From Catajapyx aquilonaris (lineage: Eukaryota): 49,844 nt of DNA. Shown piece after piece: positions 25,316-37,569 of this stretch (its first letter is position 1; each line of letters begins with the position of its first letter). Below the pieces are notes generated by a model. It had not been told where the DNA came from, made no database searches, and saw only the letters and a program-made list of their open reading frames with translations. A program made the position numbers and the translations under genes. The stretch covers positions 1-49,844 of the forward strand of contig JYFJ02002847.1 of assembly GCA_000934665.2 (NCBI GenBank). The letters run 5' to 3'.

Positions 25316-27206
25316 GGTTCCAGGTATCTCAAGGGTCAATCACCTACCCTCTCATCTCTGCCCTTGTTGACGAAACCAATTCCAGAAATCATAGTGCCTG
25401 GGAGTGAAAGTGTATCATTCCTGGAGATGACATGAAATGGAGATGACGTGGGCAAAGTAGAGAGGGAATAATAAAAAAAAACATGTAAATATAGAATACT
25501 ATTGTGCATCCTTAATGGGCCAGACCTGCCTCAGCTCGTATCAAGAGACTGTTTGTCGAGCTGTTTGTATACACATCGGTCGCTAATGATGCATCGGCTG
25601 GGAACTTGAACTGGTTGTAACTTCCAAACCATTACCAATTCGAATACAGCACTGTTTTCTTGTATCAACAGTTCTCGTCGAATGAGACCATTTGGAAGAA
25701 AATATGACGAGAGCAGGGGACAAGCGCTCTTCTTTCTTCAGTACAATATATTGTTAGACATCGGTACCGGGTATATCACTACAATATACAATGAAACTGT
25801 AGATAACGGATGTGAACAGTTCCGAGATTTTTTTTTTGTAATAAGACAACAGAAAACTACGGTAACGAATGTAAGACCCATTCACACTTCTCCGAATTGG
25901 TCGCCCACCTATAATGTCAAAGGTTCCCTTTCTAGGATCATTGTTGTCAGCAATCGCGATTATTTTTTAAGGATGTTCCAAAAATACTACAGTAGATGAA
26001 AAAGTGACGCTCGGTTTTTTTCCTTATAGATCTCCAGCCGAGAAAAATTACTTTGATATTACAGTAATCAGGATTTTGCATTTTTTTTTGTTCAATTTTA
26101 TATGGCAACAGAAAGTGTTAGGAAAATTGAACAATAATTTTTATATAATTTTATTATGGACCTGCTAGGTCGTGGAGACTGATATTTGCTAATCAAAAGG
26201 ATACAGTCAACCGGCGACGCCATTGCGTTTCATGGGTCCTCGACCGGTATGGAATAATAGCATATAATTATTTTGCGCTTGAAATATTTCGGAGGGAAAA
26301 TTACCCTTGTGAGGGTATAACAAAATCCAGAACGAGATGCAAACATGCACACATTTTTCGACTCATTGTCTTCATTCGGGACCAGAAAACATTCCCCGAG
26401 GCCGTGACCGGGCCTCCGATAATTATGTTTCCAATAAAATAATATTACAACTCTTCGAACTGTTCCTTAGTAATTGCTTCAAAATAAGCAGCGCCTAGTG
26501 CAAAAATTCTATAGTTGATCAGCAACCTAAATTATTTTGGCACGAGTATCTCATATTATCCGCATTATCATTATAAAATACATATAACTTAAAACAATTT
26601 ATAGAGGCCAAATCACAACTCTTTCCAAGTGCGCCATCTACTCTGTCATCTGTACCATAAGGTAAATTGTCTTTTTTTGTTTTATGACCACAAAGCCGTC
26701 GACTAAGGTAAATACGACACAAGTTCCAGCAGGTGGAGTTTAATAGAGAATGTCCACAAAGCTATAGAATTGTTATGGTCTCCCTAGTCGTGATGTTATT
26801 TTGCTTCAAGACAATGCCATTCTAGATATATCACATGCCACATAAAAACGAACGCTAAACTTTTTACACTGAATTGGAAAGCTAATCAGTGCATGTTGTC
26901 AGAAAACTTCAATGTTTAATAAGTTACGTCCTGTTAGACAAGTAATTTTGCCTTTTTAACACGTGTAAAAACTGTCAAAGAAATTACCATCAGAGTGCGA
27001 GAACATGTTTTTTGTTTTCCATTTTCAAATTAATCCGCATAGAAACATTATGTGATACGCCTGGAAGCATTACTCAACCTATCTCTGCAGGCTGACTATT
27101 ACCCTACACACGCCAAACAGAAACTTTGCACTAATGAAAAGACCTGAGGCATGATCTAAACAGCCTCGTCCGAGTGAGAGTCGAAAATTTCCCCAGAGAT
27201 ACTCAC

Positions 27207-27405
27207 ATGCTCTTGTAGTTTCCCGGCCTCTCGATGACAACCCAAGTGATGTTCTTGGTCTGTACCACAAGTTTGAGCTTTGCGTCCTCCATGTTCATGT
27301 GCATCATGATTTCCAGATGACAGTTGGGTCCAGCATTTTGGAACCAAGGGCTGGTCAAGTTGGCAACTTGAACCCTGTCTCGCCCTGCCAAGTACAGAAA
27401 GTGAC
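27207..27405 (-). CDS. Alk: Alk-type receptor, MAM1 exon (GHFLYLAGRDRVQVANLTSPWFQNAGPNCHLEIMMHMNMEDAKLKLVVQTKNITWVVIERPGNYKS)
   Basis: Acceptor tttcttttgcag|GT CAC, donor AGC AT|gtgagt; 199 nt, phase 1 to 2. The GHFLY...NLTSP.F...C.LE..MH pattern matches Drosophila Alk MAM1 as recalled (GHFLY...NLTSPEF...CFLEVYMH). Confidence 0.9.
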
Positions 27406-30400
27406 CTGCAAAAGAAATACACACAAAAAAGAGTTTTATAAGCTCTGCAATATTGCTACAAAACGACAAAAACATGACACCATCTATGGACTAAAATTGG
27501 TGAGAGGCGCCATTCCATTTTCATCTTTTGTTTTCTCGAGAATTGATGATCCCTATATACTATATGTCCTACAGAACCTTCTTTCTTTGTTAGAGCGCAA
27601 CTCTGTCATCTGGTAACAATCGGTGGAAAAAAGTTTTTCGGCACATTAACTGCTCCCTGCAAGCCGTGGAAAATCTGCCATATGCTCGTGTGAAACTGAG
27701 TTTCAATCAGTTATATAAGCCCCACTTTCCGATGTGACGAAACCCTCAATTATACGCACTCGTGCGACACCTTCTCTCTAGCCTCTTACCTCATTGTATC
27801 CGCTTTAAATAGCTCATTGCATTTAAATACCTATTTTGCATTCATTCGCATAATGACTCAGTTTAACTGCGCAAAATGGAGAGCCATATACGCTAATGCG
27901 GGAAAAAAACCATCCATTGATACCGGAACAAAAGAGTTCCGAGGTGAACATGGACTAGAAAAACCTATATCATGACAGTGTATATGCAACGAGTGTGTCC
28001 AGTTTTGGCACCACACTATTTACATATTAATAAAAACAATTAATTATTCAGATGCGTTGCAGTACATGTAGCCTCATGGTCGTCAGAAATTCAGTCCTAT
28101 TTTGGTCAGAATTTCAGCTCTGACCTGGAGCAAGAAAGGTCAATAAGAAAGTCGTACATATCTAGCTGGATCCTCTCCCCACACTCGTTAACTCTCCCCA
28201 TATTATCATCTTCATTCGGGTTCGCAGAGGAAGCCTGAAGCCAGCCTCCAGGGTTTGCGCTTGAACGCGAATTAAGGTCGTGAATATCACAGCTTATGGA
28301 AATGAAATTTGCGGGTAAGGTTGTATTTAAAGATGGCATTTGCTATGAAGGCGAGCCAAATTTGTGCAAATCAGCCTTAGGCACAGTCCTCAAGCTGCTC
28401 AGGGTTTTCTTACCAACTATGTCTTCTTTTGTCAAGACTCTCATACTAAGTAACCAACTCAGCACACTGTAACGCGATTTTAAGATGAAAATGTGTCTAG
28501 CAGGTAACCTTATGCATTGTGTATGAAACGCAAATGAGGGACCATCATAGGGGATGTGGCGTGGCTGGAAACAGATGGTGACCTCGTTCAGAGTTCCCTT
28601 TTAGTGAAAACTTACTGTACTACCAGAGCAACGTAGAGCAAAAGCTGCGAGTACAAAAATGCGTTCATATATGAAAGTCCGTGGGAAAAAAAAAGAAAGT
28701 GCATAGGATGAAGGAAGCTGAGAAAACGAGAGGCAGCAAAAGGGACCTCCTTTGCATGCAGGAGGGAAGGCTAGCGCCGGCTTTTGAAGGATTCTCTCGC
28801 TTGCGGATTCATGGCAGGTCCTTCGGATGGAAGAGGATCATGCAGTGGAGAGAGGGGGCCATACAGTACGAAGTCTGCAAGGGCTGGTCGCCACCATTGG
28901 GAGGAGCGGATAGGGGGGGACTCATTTTCTGCAGCTCAGAGACTAAAGGACTTCAACCCACCACCAATGGGCTATATTACAACCTGCTTATTCTACACAT
29001 CCCTTTGGAACACTGTTTCAGAGCCTCATGTCCCCTCCTTTATAGTTGTGACGCGAGGAATGCTATAGCACTGCATTTGTTAGAGACAATAATTGTTTGC
29101 AAGGGCGTGATGGATAATATCAGAAATAACTTCAAATTGTCGGCAAAGTACGCTCATAAGTATGTTAAAAATTAATAACTAGTGTAATAAATGGTAAAAA
29201 AAACAGTATTTTAAAACTGACCTTTTCAAAGCCAACGTTGGCAGAGAAGCACTCTTTATATACAAGAATATTTTATCCGAAATGATAGGGACCGAACGTG
29301 TTTAGATACATCTCGGGACACATGAATTTGGAATTTTTGTACAGCAGTATGCTTGCCTCTTAATGGGACAGCTGTGGAATGGGATAAATGCCTGAACACA
29401 TATATCTATATACATTTCAAAATAAGAGGCTATACAGGTTATACATTAATCCTAGTGGTAGTTATACATAAATGTTTAATAATTTAATACATGCCGTATC
29501 ATCCTATAGTCATGACATATTCGGATTATGAAAGTTTTTATGATACAATAAAATACAATACTGTACATGGCCCTGATCCTATTAAGGGGTAGTTAGCGAT
29601 GGCCAGATAAATGCACCCGGGCGTCTCATTTGACAGATAAAATTGGGGGGTTTTGGTGTTTGGAATCCCGGGAAAAAGATTTTCAACCTGTACCGTACTG
29701 TATAGCTTATTCATACACGAGTGCAGATAATTAATTATACAGTACATGTGAGTTTCATGATATACCGGTACGCATTATGATACAATGGAGCTGAAATTAA
29801 TGCTAGAATGTCACTTTGGTAATGAAATTTTTTAATTTTGTTTTAGTGCATTACACTAAATTAACTCATCTAATCGCATCTGATTGTCTCACATGCTGGT
29901 GCATGAAAAAGATCCATCATTTACAGTATACCTACCAAAATATGCATAGAGGGATTTTTAGATCAAAAAGCTTATTTAGTTGAAGCTAATTGCTAATCGC
30001 TCGGCTAATCATAAGGATCCTTCTAATTATATACTCTGTATATTTGAGTTGATCAGAATGTAAACTCCATTCCTCTCAACTGTAGAGGAGAGGGGGAAAA
30101 AAACTAATTTCAACGCTCAACAAACTGAAGTACGTTATTTCCAAACTTTACACTTTACATATTACTGAATTCGAACGTGAAGTACCCTGTACAGTAACAT
30201 ACTAAAAAATTTTCAAAGCCCCACAATGGAGAGCATATATTTTGCTACCACCCCACTCCCACTCATGTATAGATTAAAACATTTTTCAAACTATTTTACC
30301 GGAATTTGTAATCCAATGTTGAAAACTCTAGCCGCATTCTCTTGGACACTCCGTAAATTCTAGCATGGCAAAAAAATTCTTCCCGGGTGTATATAACAAG

Positions 30401-30672
30401 TGGAGTTCCACTAGAAACTTGGTCGCTTCAACGAGGTGAATATTTGAAGGGGTCGGTGAGAGATAATCGTATGCCACACGAAGTTGTTTTTGAGAAAAAC
30501 ACATTTAAAACTTTGATCAAATCTATAAATCAGAATCCTTTAAATGTATGACTTTTTTGAGCGCCAATTACATATTGATGTCGTTTTTTACTCGTATGAT
30601 GTTTCAAAAGTTGCTAACTTTATGATTTCGTATTGTAATGATTTCTTTTTTGGAGCTATGTTTCACTATCAG

Positions 30673-30746
30673 TCAAAATACAGGTTGATATAGTCGTAAG
30701 CCACATTTATAAATGTGGCTTACGACTATATCAACCTGTATTTTGA
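30673..30746. repeat. Perfect 74-bp palindrome, no spacer
   Basis: tcaaaatacaggttgatatagtcgtaagccacattta|taaatgtggcttacgactatatcaacctgtattttga. Confidence 0.95.
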
Positions 30747-31006
30747 AGTAAAAGTAAAGGAGCATTGGTTTTCAGCATTATTATTTTTTAATGAAAAATA
30801 TATCATCTTAGGCTATATGGGGAAAGTCTTTTTATTATGATTAAAGCAACAAAATATGCAACAAAGCATTTCCTTATCACTGCTGAAATAATATTCCTCA
30901 TTTTATAAACGTCCGTCTTCGCTTTCCTCCTCCCTTTCGACATTCTTTTCTTCCCCAGTGGATGGTATCGAGGATAACGATAAAAAGAAATCCTGACTAG
31001 TACTTG

Positions 31007-31222
31007 GAATCATCTTCCGGAAACGATCAGGTGGGTCTATAGTTTCGTTTCAAAAAAATTGTGGCTTATTATGATTACATCTGTTTCAAAACGTCTTTGC
31101 ATGAAAGCTTTATTAAAAATAAAGCTTTCATGCAAAGCCGTTTTGAAACAGATATAATCATAAGCCACATTTTTTTTGAAACGAAACTATGGACCCACCT
31201 GATCGTTTCCGGAAGATGATTC
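31007..31222. repeat. Near-perfect ~216-bp palindrome
   Basis: gaatcatcttccggaaacgatcaggtgggtc...gaaagctttatt-aaa-aataaagctttc...gacccacctgatcgtttccggaagatgattc; a few mismatches and one small indel. Confidence 0.93.
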
Positions 31223-33553
31223 ACTTCTGGATGGCTTCCATGACTCGTCAGAGTCAGTTGAACTCATGTCAGATTCTTGCTCACTTGATTCCGTCGCCAC
31301 AAATAAACGTTTTCTCGCAGATGAAGAAGACCCTCCTCTCCCAATGGCGGCCATCTTGGTGTGGCTTACGATTGTGACACCACTGAATATTTGTCACTTT
31401 TCAAAATCTGAGAAAATCGTAGAGATCTCATAGCCGTCTGTTCACGATTTTCGAAACTGTACTGTGTCCATAGGTAAACCGGTGCTGCCACAGTAGGAAT
31501 ATACCTGCATCTCGAAAAATATGAAATTGTGGCATACGATTATCTCTCACCGACCCCTTCATTTGTCGTAGACCATGTCGCCAAACTCCAATCTGACAAA
31601 CTCCGCTGATCTTCAGCATCCCAGATCTTCATATGAAACTATGTCTATCCGACACGTATCCTGTGGGCGACGGAGTGACACTTAAGGATCCAGCGGCCTC
31701 GGATTAACCTTTTCGGAGGGCGAACTCCGCAACTGCGTAGGTAATTCTGAGAAATCGATCAATGTTGTGGCTGCAATCATCTTGGAACGTTTCCTACTTT
31801 GCCGAACTTACATATGAATGGTCCCGGGACCATCGGCAATATATTAATTTGCAGTGCGCATATTTAATTAACGCGAGCTATTGCTGTCAAAAAGCATGTG
31901 AACTGAAGAGAATCCGTTCTATAGACGCAATATTGCTTCCAAATTAAACCAACTTTCATAATCAACCAACATTCCCAGATTTTAAAGGGTCATGTAGTGT
32001 TTTAAAGTTTTAAAGGGAACAAAAAAAAATCCACAAATTGTTCCCAAAAGTTAATTATATTTGGTTCTGGTGTTGGGGAAGGACAAGAAAATGTTTCTGG
32101 TGTGACGCCTGCGTGCATGGAATGCAATTTAATCGATTCTCTATCACGAGCCTGCGCGGCAAAGAATGGTCGTTAGAGAAAGGGTGAAAAAATTTATATA
32201 ATTCTGATTCCACAAGCCTTACTCATTGTAACACGAGATTTTCACAATACCAGAAAAATTCCAAAAATTCCAAAAATTTCGATTTTTTAAAAAAAACATT
32301 CTGATGGAATTACGGCATTGATCCAAAAGCAATTTCCAACATTTTCAGTCGGCTGTCAAACGATCTCCTTTGGATTAGATTATCGCATCTCGAAGCCAAG
32401 AGGTAGGCAAGTTTATAATTTCCTTTTCCTGCGAATGCGATTTCCTGGAAAGATCTGGGGTTCAAAACTTCGTTCACAGTTTTTCACGTCCATTTCCTAA
32501 ATTCGATATATTGGATACAAAATGATCCACTTCCCGGAATAGCTTCTGAGAGACTGTGAATATAAACTGTTCCTAATATGAGAACGCTGCTTTTTATGTT
32601 TTGCTAATAAAATTGTTTGCTAGCAACTTTGTGTACTTGAAACCCACTTTGGACATATATTTTATCATAGTATTTCATGAAAATTAACCAACTTTCATCG
32701 CTCAAGGAAACCTGTACAGTGTGTATAGTAAGTGATTCAAGTAAGCTTATCAATATTTTCTTCGTTACTTAAAATTAGATTTCTCAATTGCACAGCAGAG
32801 ATGAGTATAAATTATTGTACAGGGAGCAATAAATATTCCATTTTTGCGTTAAAATTTGAACTACTAACACTGAAACACGGATAAAAATAGAAGGGGCGGG
32901 GGCGATTTTTGACGTTCAATTTAACGCCGTTTCACATTAACGACCTTTTAATATTTATCCTTTAAAATGAAAACATAGAAAACAATGAGAAAATTAAAAC
33001 TAATAACAAAAATCTCAACTACAGTATAACAGACCGCTTCAACGCCTCTGGGTCCAACCACGCGTCCTTTTGTTTGTGATTCATTGTGGCAGAATATTCA
33101 GATCTGTGCACTGGGCAGATATACCGAGATATACAGTACGAACATTATAGGTGTCTGCACTGCCCGAAATAATGCAGCAGTTTTTATATAATCACCACTC
33201 TATGCTTTTAGAACAATGAAACCCTCCTATTAACTTAACCCTCCCATTAAACGCGTATATTTAAAATATTCAGTTAATTTATTGTATTAAGGCATTTATC
33301 CCATGACGGGGTAGCCAGCGATAATAATATAATCAAGGACATCTTATAAGAATCATCATCTATGACTAGTCAGGTCAGGTAGGTTTACGGCTATTCATTT
33401 TACGATTCTGTTTTGCTAGAAGCTAACCCCGTCGTGAAACGGGCCTACCTGTATTTATAATAGCATACAGAAATTGTTCCAGAGCCCATGGCCTCGCACA
33501 AAATGACCGCGACCATGACCTTTAATGGTATAAAGATCGCCCCGAATTTAGGT

Positions 33554-33950
33554 AACATTTTAAGAAATAATAATTTAATTTAATGTAATTAATTAACATT
33601 TGAAAAATTATTATTTAATGTAATTAATTAACATTTGAAAAATTATTATTTAATGTAATTAATTAACATTTTAAGAAATTATTATTTAATGTAATTAATT
33701 AACATTTTAAGAAATTATTATTTAATGTAATTAATTAACATTTTAAGAAATTTTTATTTAATGTAATTAATTAACATTTTAAGAAATTTTTATTTAATGT
33801 AATTAATTAACATTTTAAGAAATTTTTATTTAATGTAATTAATTAACATTTTAAGAAATTTTTATTTAATGTAATTAATTAACATTTTAAGAAATTTTTA
33901 TTTAATGTAATTAATTAACATTTTAAGAAATTATTATTTAATTTAATTAA
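33554..33950. repeat. 35/36-bp AT-rich minisatellite, 11 units
   Basis: Unit aacattttaagaaatt(a/t)ttatttaatgtaattaatt; starts at 33554, 33595, 33630, 33665, 33701, 33737, 33773, 33809, 33845, 33881, 33917. Confidence 0.95.
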
Positions 33951-34757
33951 TTAATTTAATTAAATAATAATTTCTTAAAATGTTTCCTACATTCCTTGTA
34001 TACTATACCTCTCCTAATGTGTCACCTGTACTAGTAATGGGTAACTGTACTACTCATCTGTGGTAGTTTTGCCTTCCAACGGCCATCACTAACCTACGAT
34101 GCTATAATGGTTGTTTAACACCAGGATATACTCGTATATATGTTTGGCCAGTTAAATTCCATTAAATAAACAACTGAGCTAAATATATTTGAACCCCGAC
34201 AGAAATAAATGGATTTCTTCGAGTCCTTGTTGGCCTTATTTTGTGCAATGATTATATCGAAAATTTCCAACAAATTGGAAAAAGCAAAACTACCACAGAT
34301 GAGTAGTGCAGCTACCCATTACTAGTACAGGTGACACATTAGGAGAGGTATAAAATAACACGGTGTCACACATTATTGTCCACATTATTGTCCATATTAT
34401 TATGAGGTCCGGGCTGGTTCGCCAGCGACGGTACTCTCTTCCTCGAGCGGTCCTCGGACCTGACTCGCATTTCTTGGTCGGACGGGGTGCTTGGGAGAAT
34501 ATCCCACCCCCGTCCCTGGGTTGGACCCGGCATTGCAGTACAGCCGGGGCCAGCCCTCCTCTCCCCCACCCTTCTCACCCACCCCTACCTTGCAATCCCA
34601 CTCCTTCCTCTCCTACCCCCGGCTGCCAAGGCTCGACTCAGACAGAGCCATACAAGCTGGGTAACCCCTTCCTACCAACCAACCAACCAGGAGAGGTAGA
34701 GTATACAAGGAATTTAGAAAACATTTTTTAAAAAATATTTAATTAATAATTAATTAA
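33945..34757. mobile_element. Foldback/MITE with ~130-bp TIRs; right TIR split by a SINE-like insertion
   Basis: Left arm 33945-34072 (...cattccttgtatactatacctctcctaatgtgtcacctgtactagtaatgggta...) is inverted at 34284-34350 and continues at 34689-34757. Superfamily not determined. Confidence 0.75.
34351..34688 (+). mobile_element. SINE-like retroposon with (AACC)n tail, copy 1
   Basis: 10-bp TSD AGGAGAGGTA (34341-34350, 34689-34698). GC-rich body from 34404 closely matches copy 2; 3' stem-loop then accaaccaaccaacc. Confidence 0.8.
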
Positions 34758-34813
34758 TCGTCCTGAACCAATCTGGGTTCAAATGTGCAGTATTACTGCT
34801 TGACACAGGTATA

Positions 34814-35219
34814 CAGGGTGTATCTGAACTCAGTGCCCCGACGTATATGACTGCCTTCCTAGCCACCAGAGGATCGATTTAAGTATAGGAGTCATTACTG
34901 AGATACACTCTTTAGCGATTTTTGCCTAATCGCTCCTTCTGACTTTTAAATAGAATTTTCTGGTGTAACTAGCCAAAGAGGCCTTACCACCTGTGGGCAA
35001 CAAACCAACAAAGTCCCGCCCCCAGACCTTCCAGAGCCTTCTGACTGGGGGAGGGTTAGATGGGTGGCCTAACCGACAGGATATTTTCTACTACATGTTT
35101 GCGGCCAATTATTTCCGTAATGAGGCTGCCCAGACATATGACTCCTATACTTAAATCGATCCTCTGGTGGCTAGGAAGGCAGTCATATACGTCGGGGCAC
35201 TGAGTTCAGATACACCCTG
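34814..35219. mobile_element. Tc1/mariner-type MITE (CAGGGTG termini), subfamily B
   Basis: TA|CAGGGTGTATCTGAACTCAGTGCCCCGACG...CGTCGGGGCACTGAGTTCAGATACACCCTG|TA; about 80-bp perfect TIRs; near-identical to 41491-41915. Confidence 0.93.
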
Positions 35220-36867
35220 TATAGTGTTTCATCCTAGGTTTCATCTGTTTGTACTACGTATATGTGACGGTTAAAATCTATTTCAGAAGTAGGTGAACGA
35301 AATTTTAAAGTACCTTATAGGTATTGAAGCTCTTTGTTATCACACAGTGTTCGGGGTCTGAAGACTGCAGACACGAAGATTACTTTATGTCAGTATATGT
35401 TGTTATTTCCTATATCGGTGGAATTTTGTTTAACTCAATTACAATGCAGTGAAGGTTTCCGTCCACACTGAACAGGCTGGAGATGTCCCGTTGGAAGCTG
35501 ACGGTGGACCATGAGGTACGAGACAGCAGATCGAACGGCCGGCCCTTCGTAGACATCCTAGCCCACCGTTGCTTGACCAGGCAGGTGAGACAGTGGACCA
35601 GACCTCCACCACGACCCTCTCAACCAGACCTTCAGTACGAGCGCAGCGTTCCACTTCCTCACTAGAGGGGAATTATGATTCATATGATCATGCAGACTCT
35701 TATAATCTTGATGAAAGTGTCAAGCGTTCTGGTTCCCACCTGTATTTTAACCAACATCCTGAACCAAGAGGAGACAGCTTCTGACTGCGAGGCTGTCGAT
35801 CAAGAAAGGTCCGATAGGAGCCTCTTCATACAGGATATAATATGGTCTACCCTAGCAGAGCCACCTGCAATTGGCACCATACCGCACACCTCCGCGGAAA
35901 AATATGCTGACCTGCACCTGGCTTCCAGTCAAGATACTAAAGACAGCCGATGTTGGGCTAAAAGAAGTCACATCACCCATGACTCTTAGGTCTTCTACGA
36001 TCCTTGACGGTAATCTCTGAGCCTGACTTCGTGCCCGCAGTGCCTGATTCAACTACCCCAGCCGATGCTCCAGACCTGGACGCAGAGAAGCCGGCTGAGG
36101 ATGGGCCAGTAGCTTAGGTGGATCCTACTCGCCTTGGTGACATGAAAAAAAGCACATTTTGAACTTCTCTGGATTAAACTCTCGGTCATGTGTGTGTGAT
36201 CATGAACCCTTCAAATTTCATCAGTGATGATGTTTTCTTTAGATCCTTCAGTTGATGGTTCATTTCTGTGTAAAGTTTGTAAAAGCTATCAGCTTCGATC
36301 AGCTTAGAAGCTCATGCGGGCCAAGAAGAAAATCTTTAAAAGGTGCGAAATGCAATTCTCTTTATGTGTGAGCTCGTTCCATTCCAAGTAGATCTGAGTC
36401 ATCTGACCAATGTACAGAAATCGCGCCAACATCGAAGCGATCGCACTGCCATCTATTCCGCTCTGGGTGAAGCGCTCCTTGAGTCTGTTGCAGTCTGTTG
36501 CCAGCACGCTTATACATTACTGTATTGCAAATCTGGCCGCTAGATGACGCTGAAGTCTGAACATCGCAAAAGCGTTTCGATTTAAGAGATGATTTTACTT
36601 GATGATTCCTGATTTTTCCTCGAAAATACCACATGCTGAAAGTATTCCTTATGTATTGATAAATAAAAGTAAAATAATGCCTAAAACCTATGTCCTAAAA
36701 TAAAATCTTGAAGCTCAGCTAAAGGTAATTTTCCTAGGTGTGAGCTAGTTCCGTTTCTAGTATACCTGACCGACAGGATGGGCTGTTCTTTATGATATTT
36801 CGACATAGGAGCGAAAAGAATATATTTATACCAAAATCCAAAGACAATAATCCAAAGACAAATAATT

Positions 36868-37161
36868 AATGGGGTTGTATGAGGTCCCGGCTGATTCGCC
36901 AGCGACGGTACTCTCTTCCTCGAGCGGTCCTCGGACCTGACTCGCATTTCTTGGTCGGACGGGGTGCTTGGGAGAATATCCCACCCTGGGTTGGACCCGG
37001 CATTGCAGTACAGCCGGGGCCAGCCCTCCTCTCCCCCACCCTTCTAACCCACCCTACCTTGCAATCCCACACCTTCCTCTCCTACCCCCGGCTGCCAAGG
37101 CTCGACTTAGCAGACAGAGCCATATAAGCTGGGTAACCCTTCCTACCAACCAACCAAACCA
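36868..37161 (+). mobile_element. SINE-like retroposon with (AACC)n tail, copy 2, inserted in H2
   Basis: TSD ACAAATAAT on both sides; the H1 reverse complement shows the empty site aagacaaataaccgacagtggcag. Same 5' start (atGAGGTCC) and tail as copy 1. Confidence 0.82.
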
Positions 37162-37569
37162 ACAAATAATAGACAGTGGCAGTGTGACACTCCATTGTTG
37201 TGGTCTGTCCCAGTATTACTTGGTTACCCACGTGTTGGGTCTATCTCGAGTCACTGGTTGTACAGGCTGATGGTGGGTGCTATGGTGGCTATAGAGCTAC
37301 GAAAGTACGAATTGATAGGAAGGGTTATATTTGTGTTAACCCTTTGACGGCTAAGTTTTTGGCAAATTTTTGGGCCGTTTTTTTGGGGGGGTATTCCATG
37401 TAGGAGTGATATTGAATAACAACTTCGCGCCAAAATTAATCATTTTAATTAGTGGTGGTCCATTTGAATGTAAAATGCCGGGGGAAAAATCACCTACACG
37501 GTGTGTCAGATATAATTTTTAAATAATCGTCTGGCTCTCAGAACGTCAATAGGCATAACAAGTTTGTAG

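Larger units (their letters stand above)
30446..31560. mobile_element. Non-autonomous DNA transposon, Sola1-like
   Basis: Perfect 33-bp TIR GAAGGGGTCGGTGAGAGATAATCGTATGCCACA; 4-bp TSD ATTT on both sides (30442-30445, 31561-31564). An AWWT 4-bp TSD is the described Sola1 preference. Confidence 0.8.

Noticed and set aside
28616..28644. 29-nt exon-like segment on the minus strand (LLLYVALVV)
   Set aside because: The hydrophobic frame ends in phase 2, incompatible with the phase-1 acceptor at 27405; no Alk similarity.
31665..31732. HDV- or twister-like elements (cggag/ctccg, TTCG hairpin, GCGAA)
   Set aside because: No P1/P3/P1.1 or twister pseudoknot assignment fits.
33554..33950. 36-bp repeats resembling a CRISPR array (also 17065-17216)
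   Set aside because: Units are directly adjacent with no unique spacers, no cas genes, eukaryotic intron.
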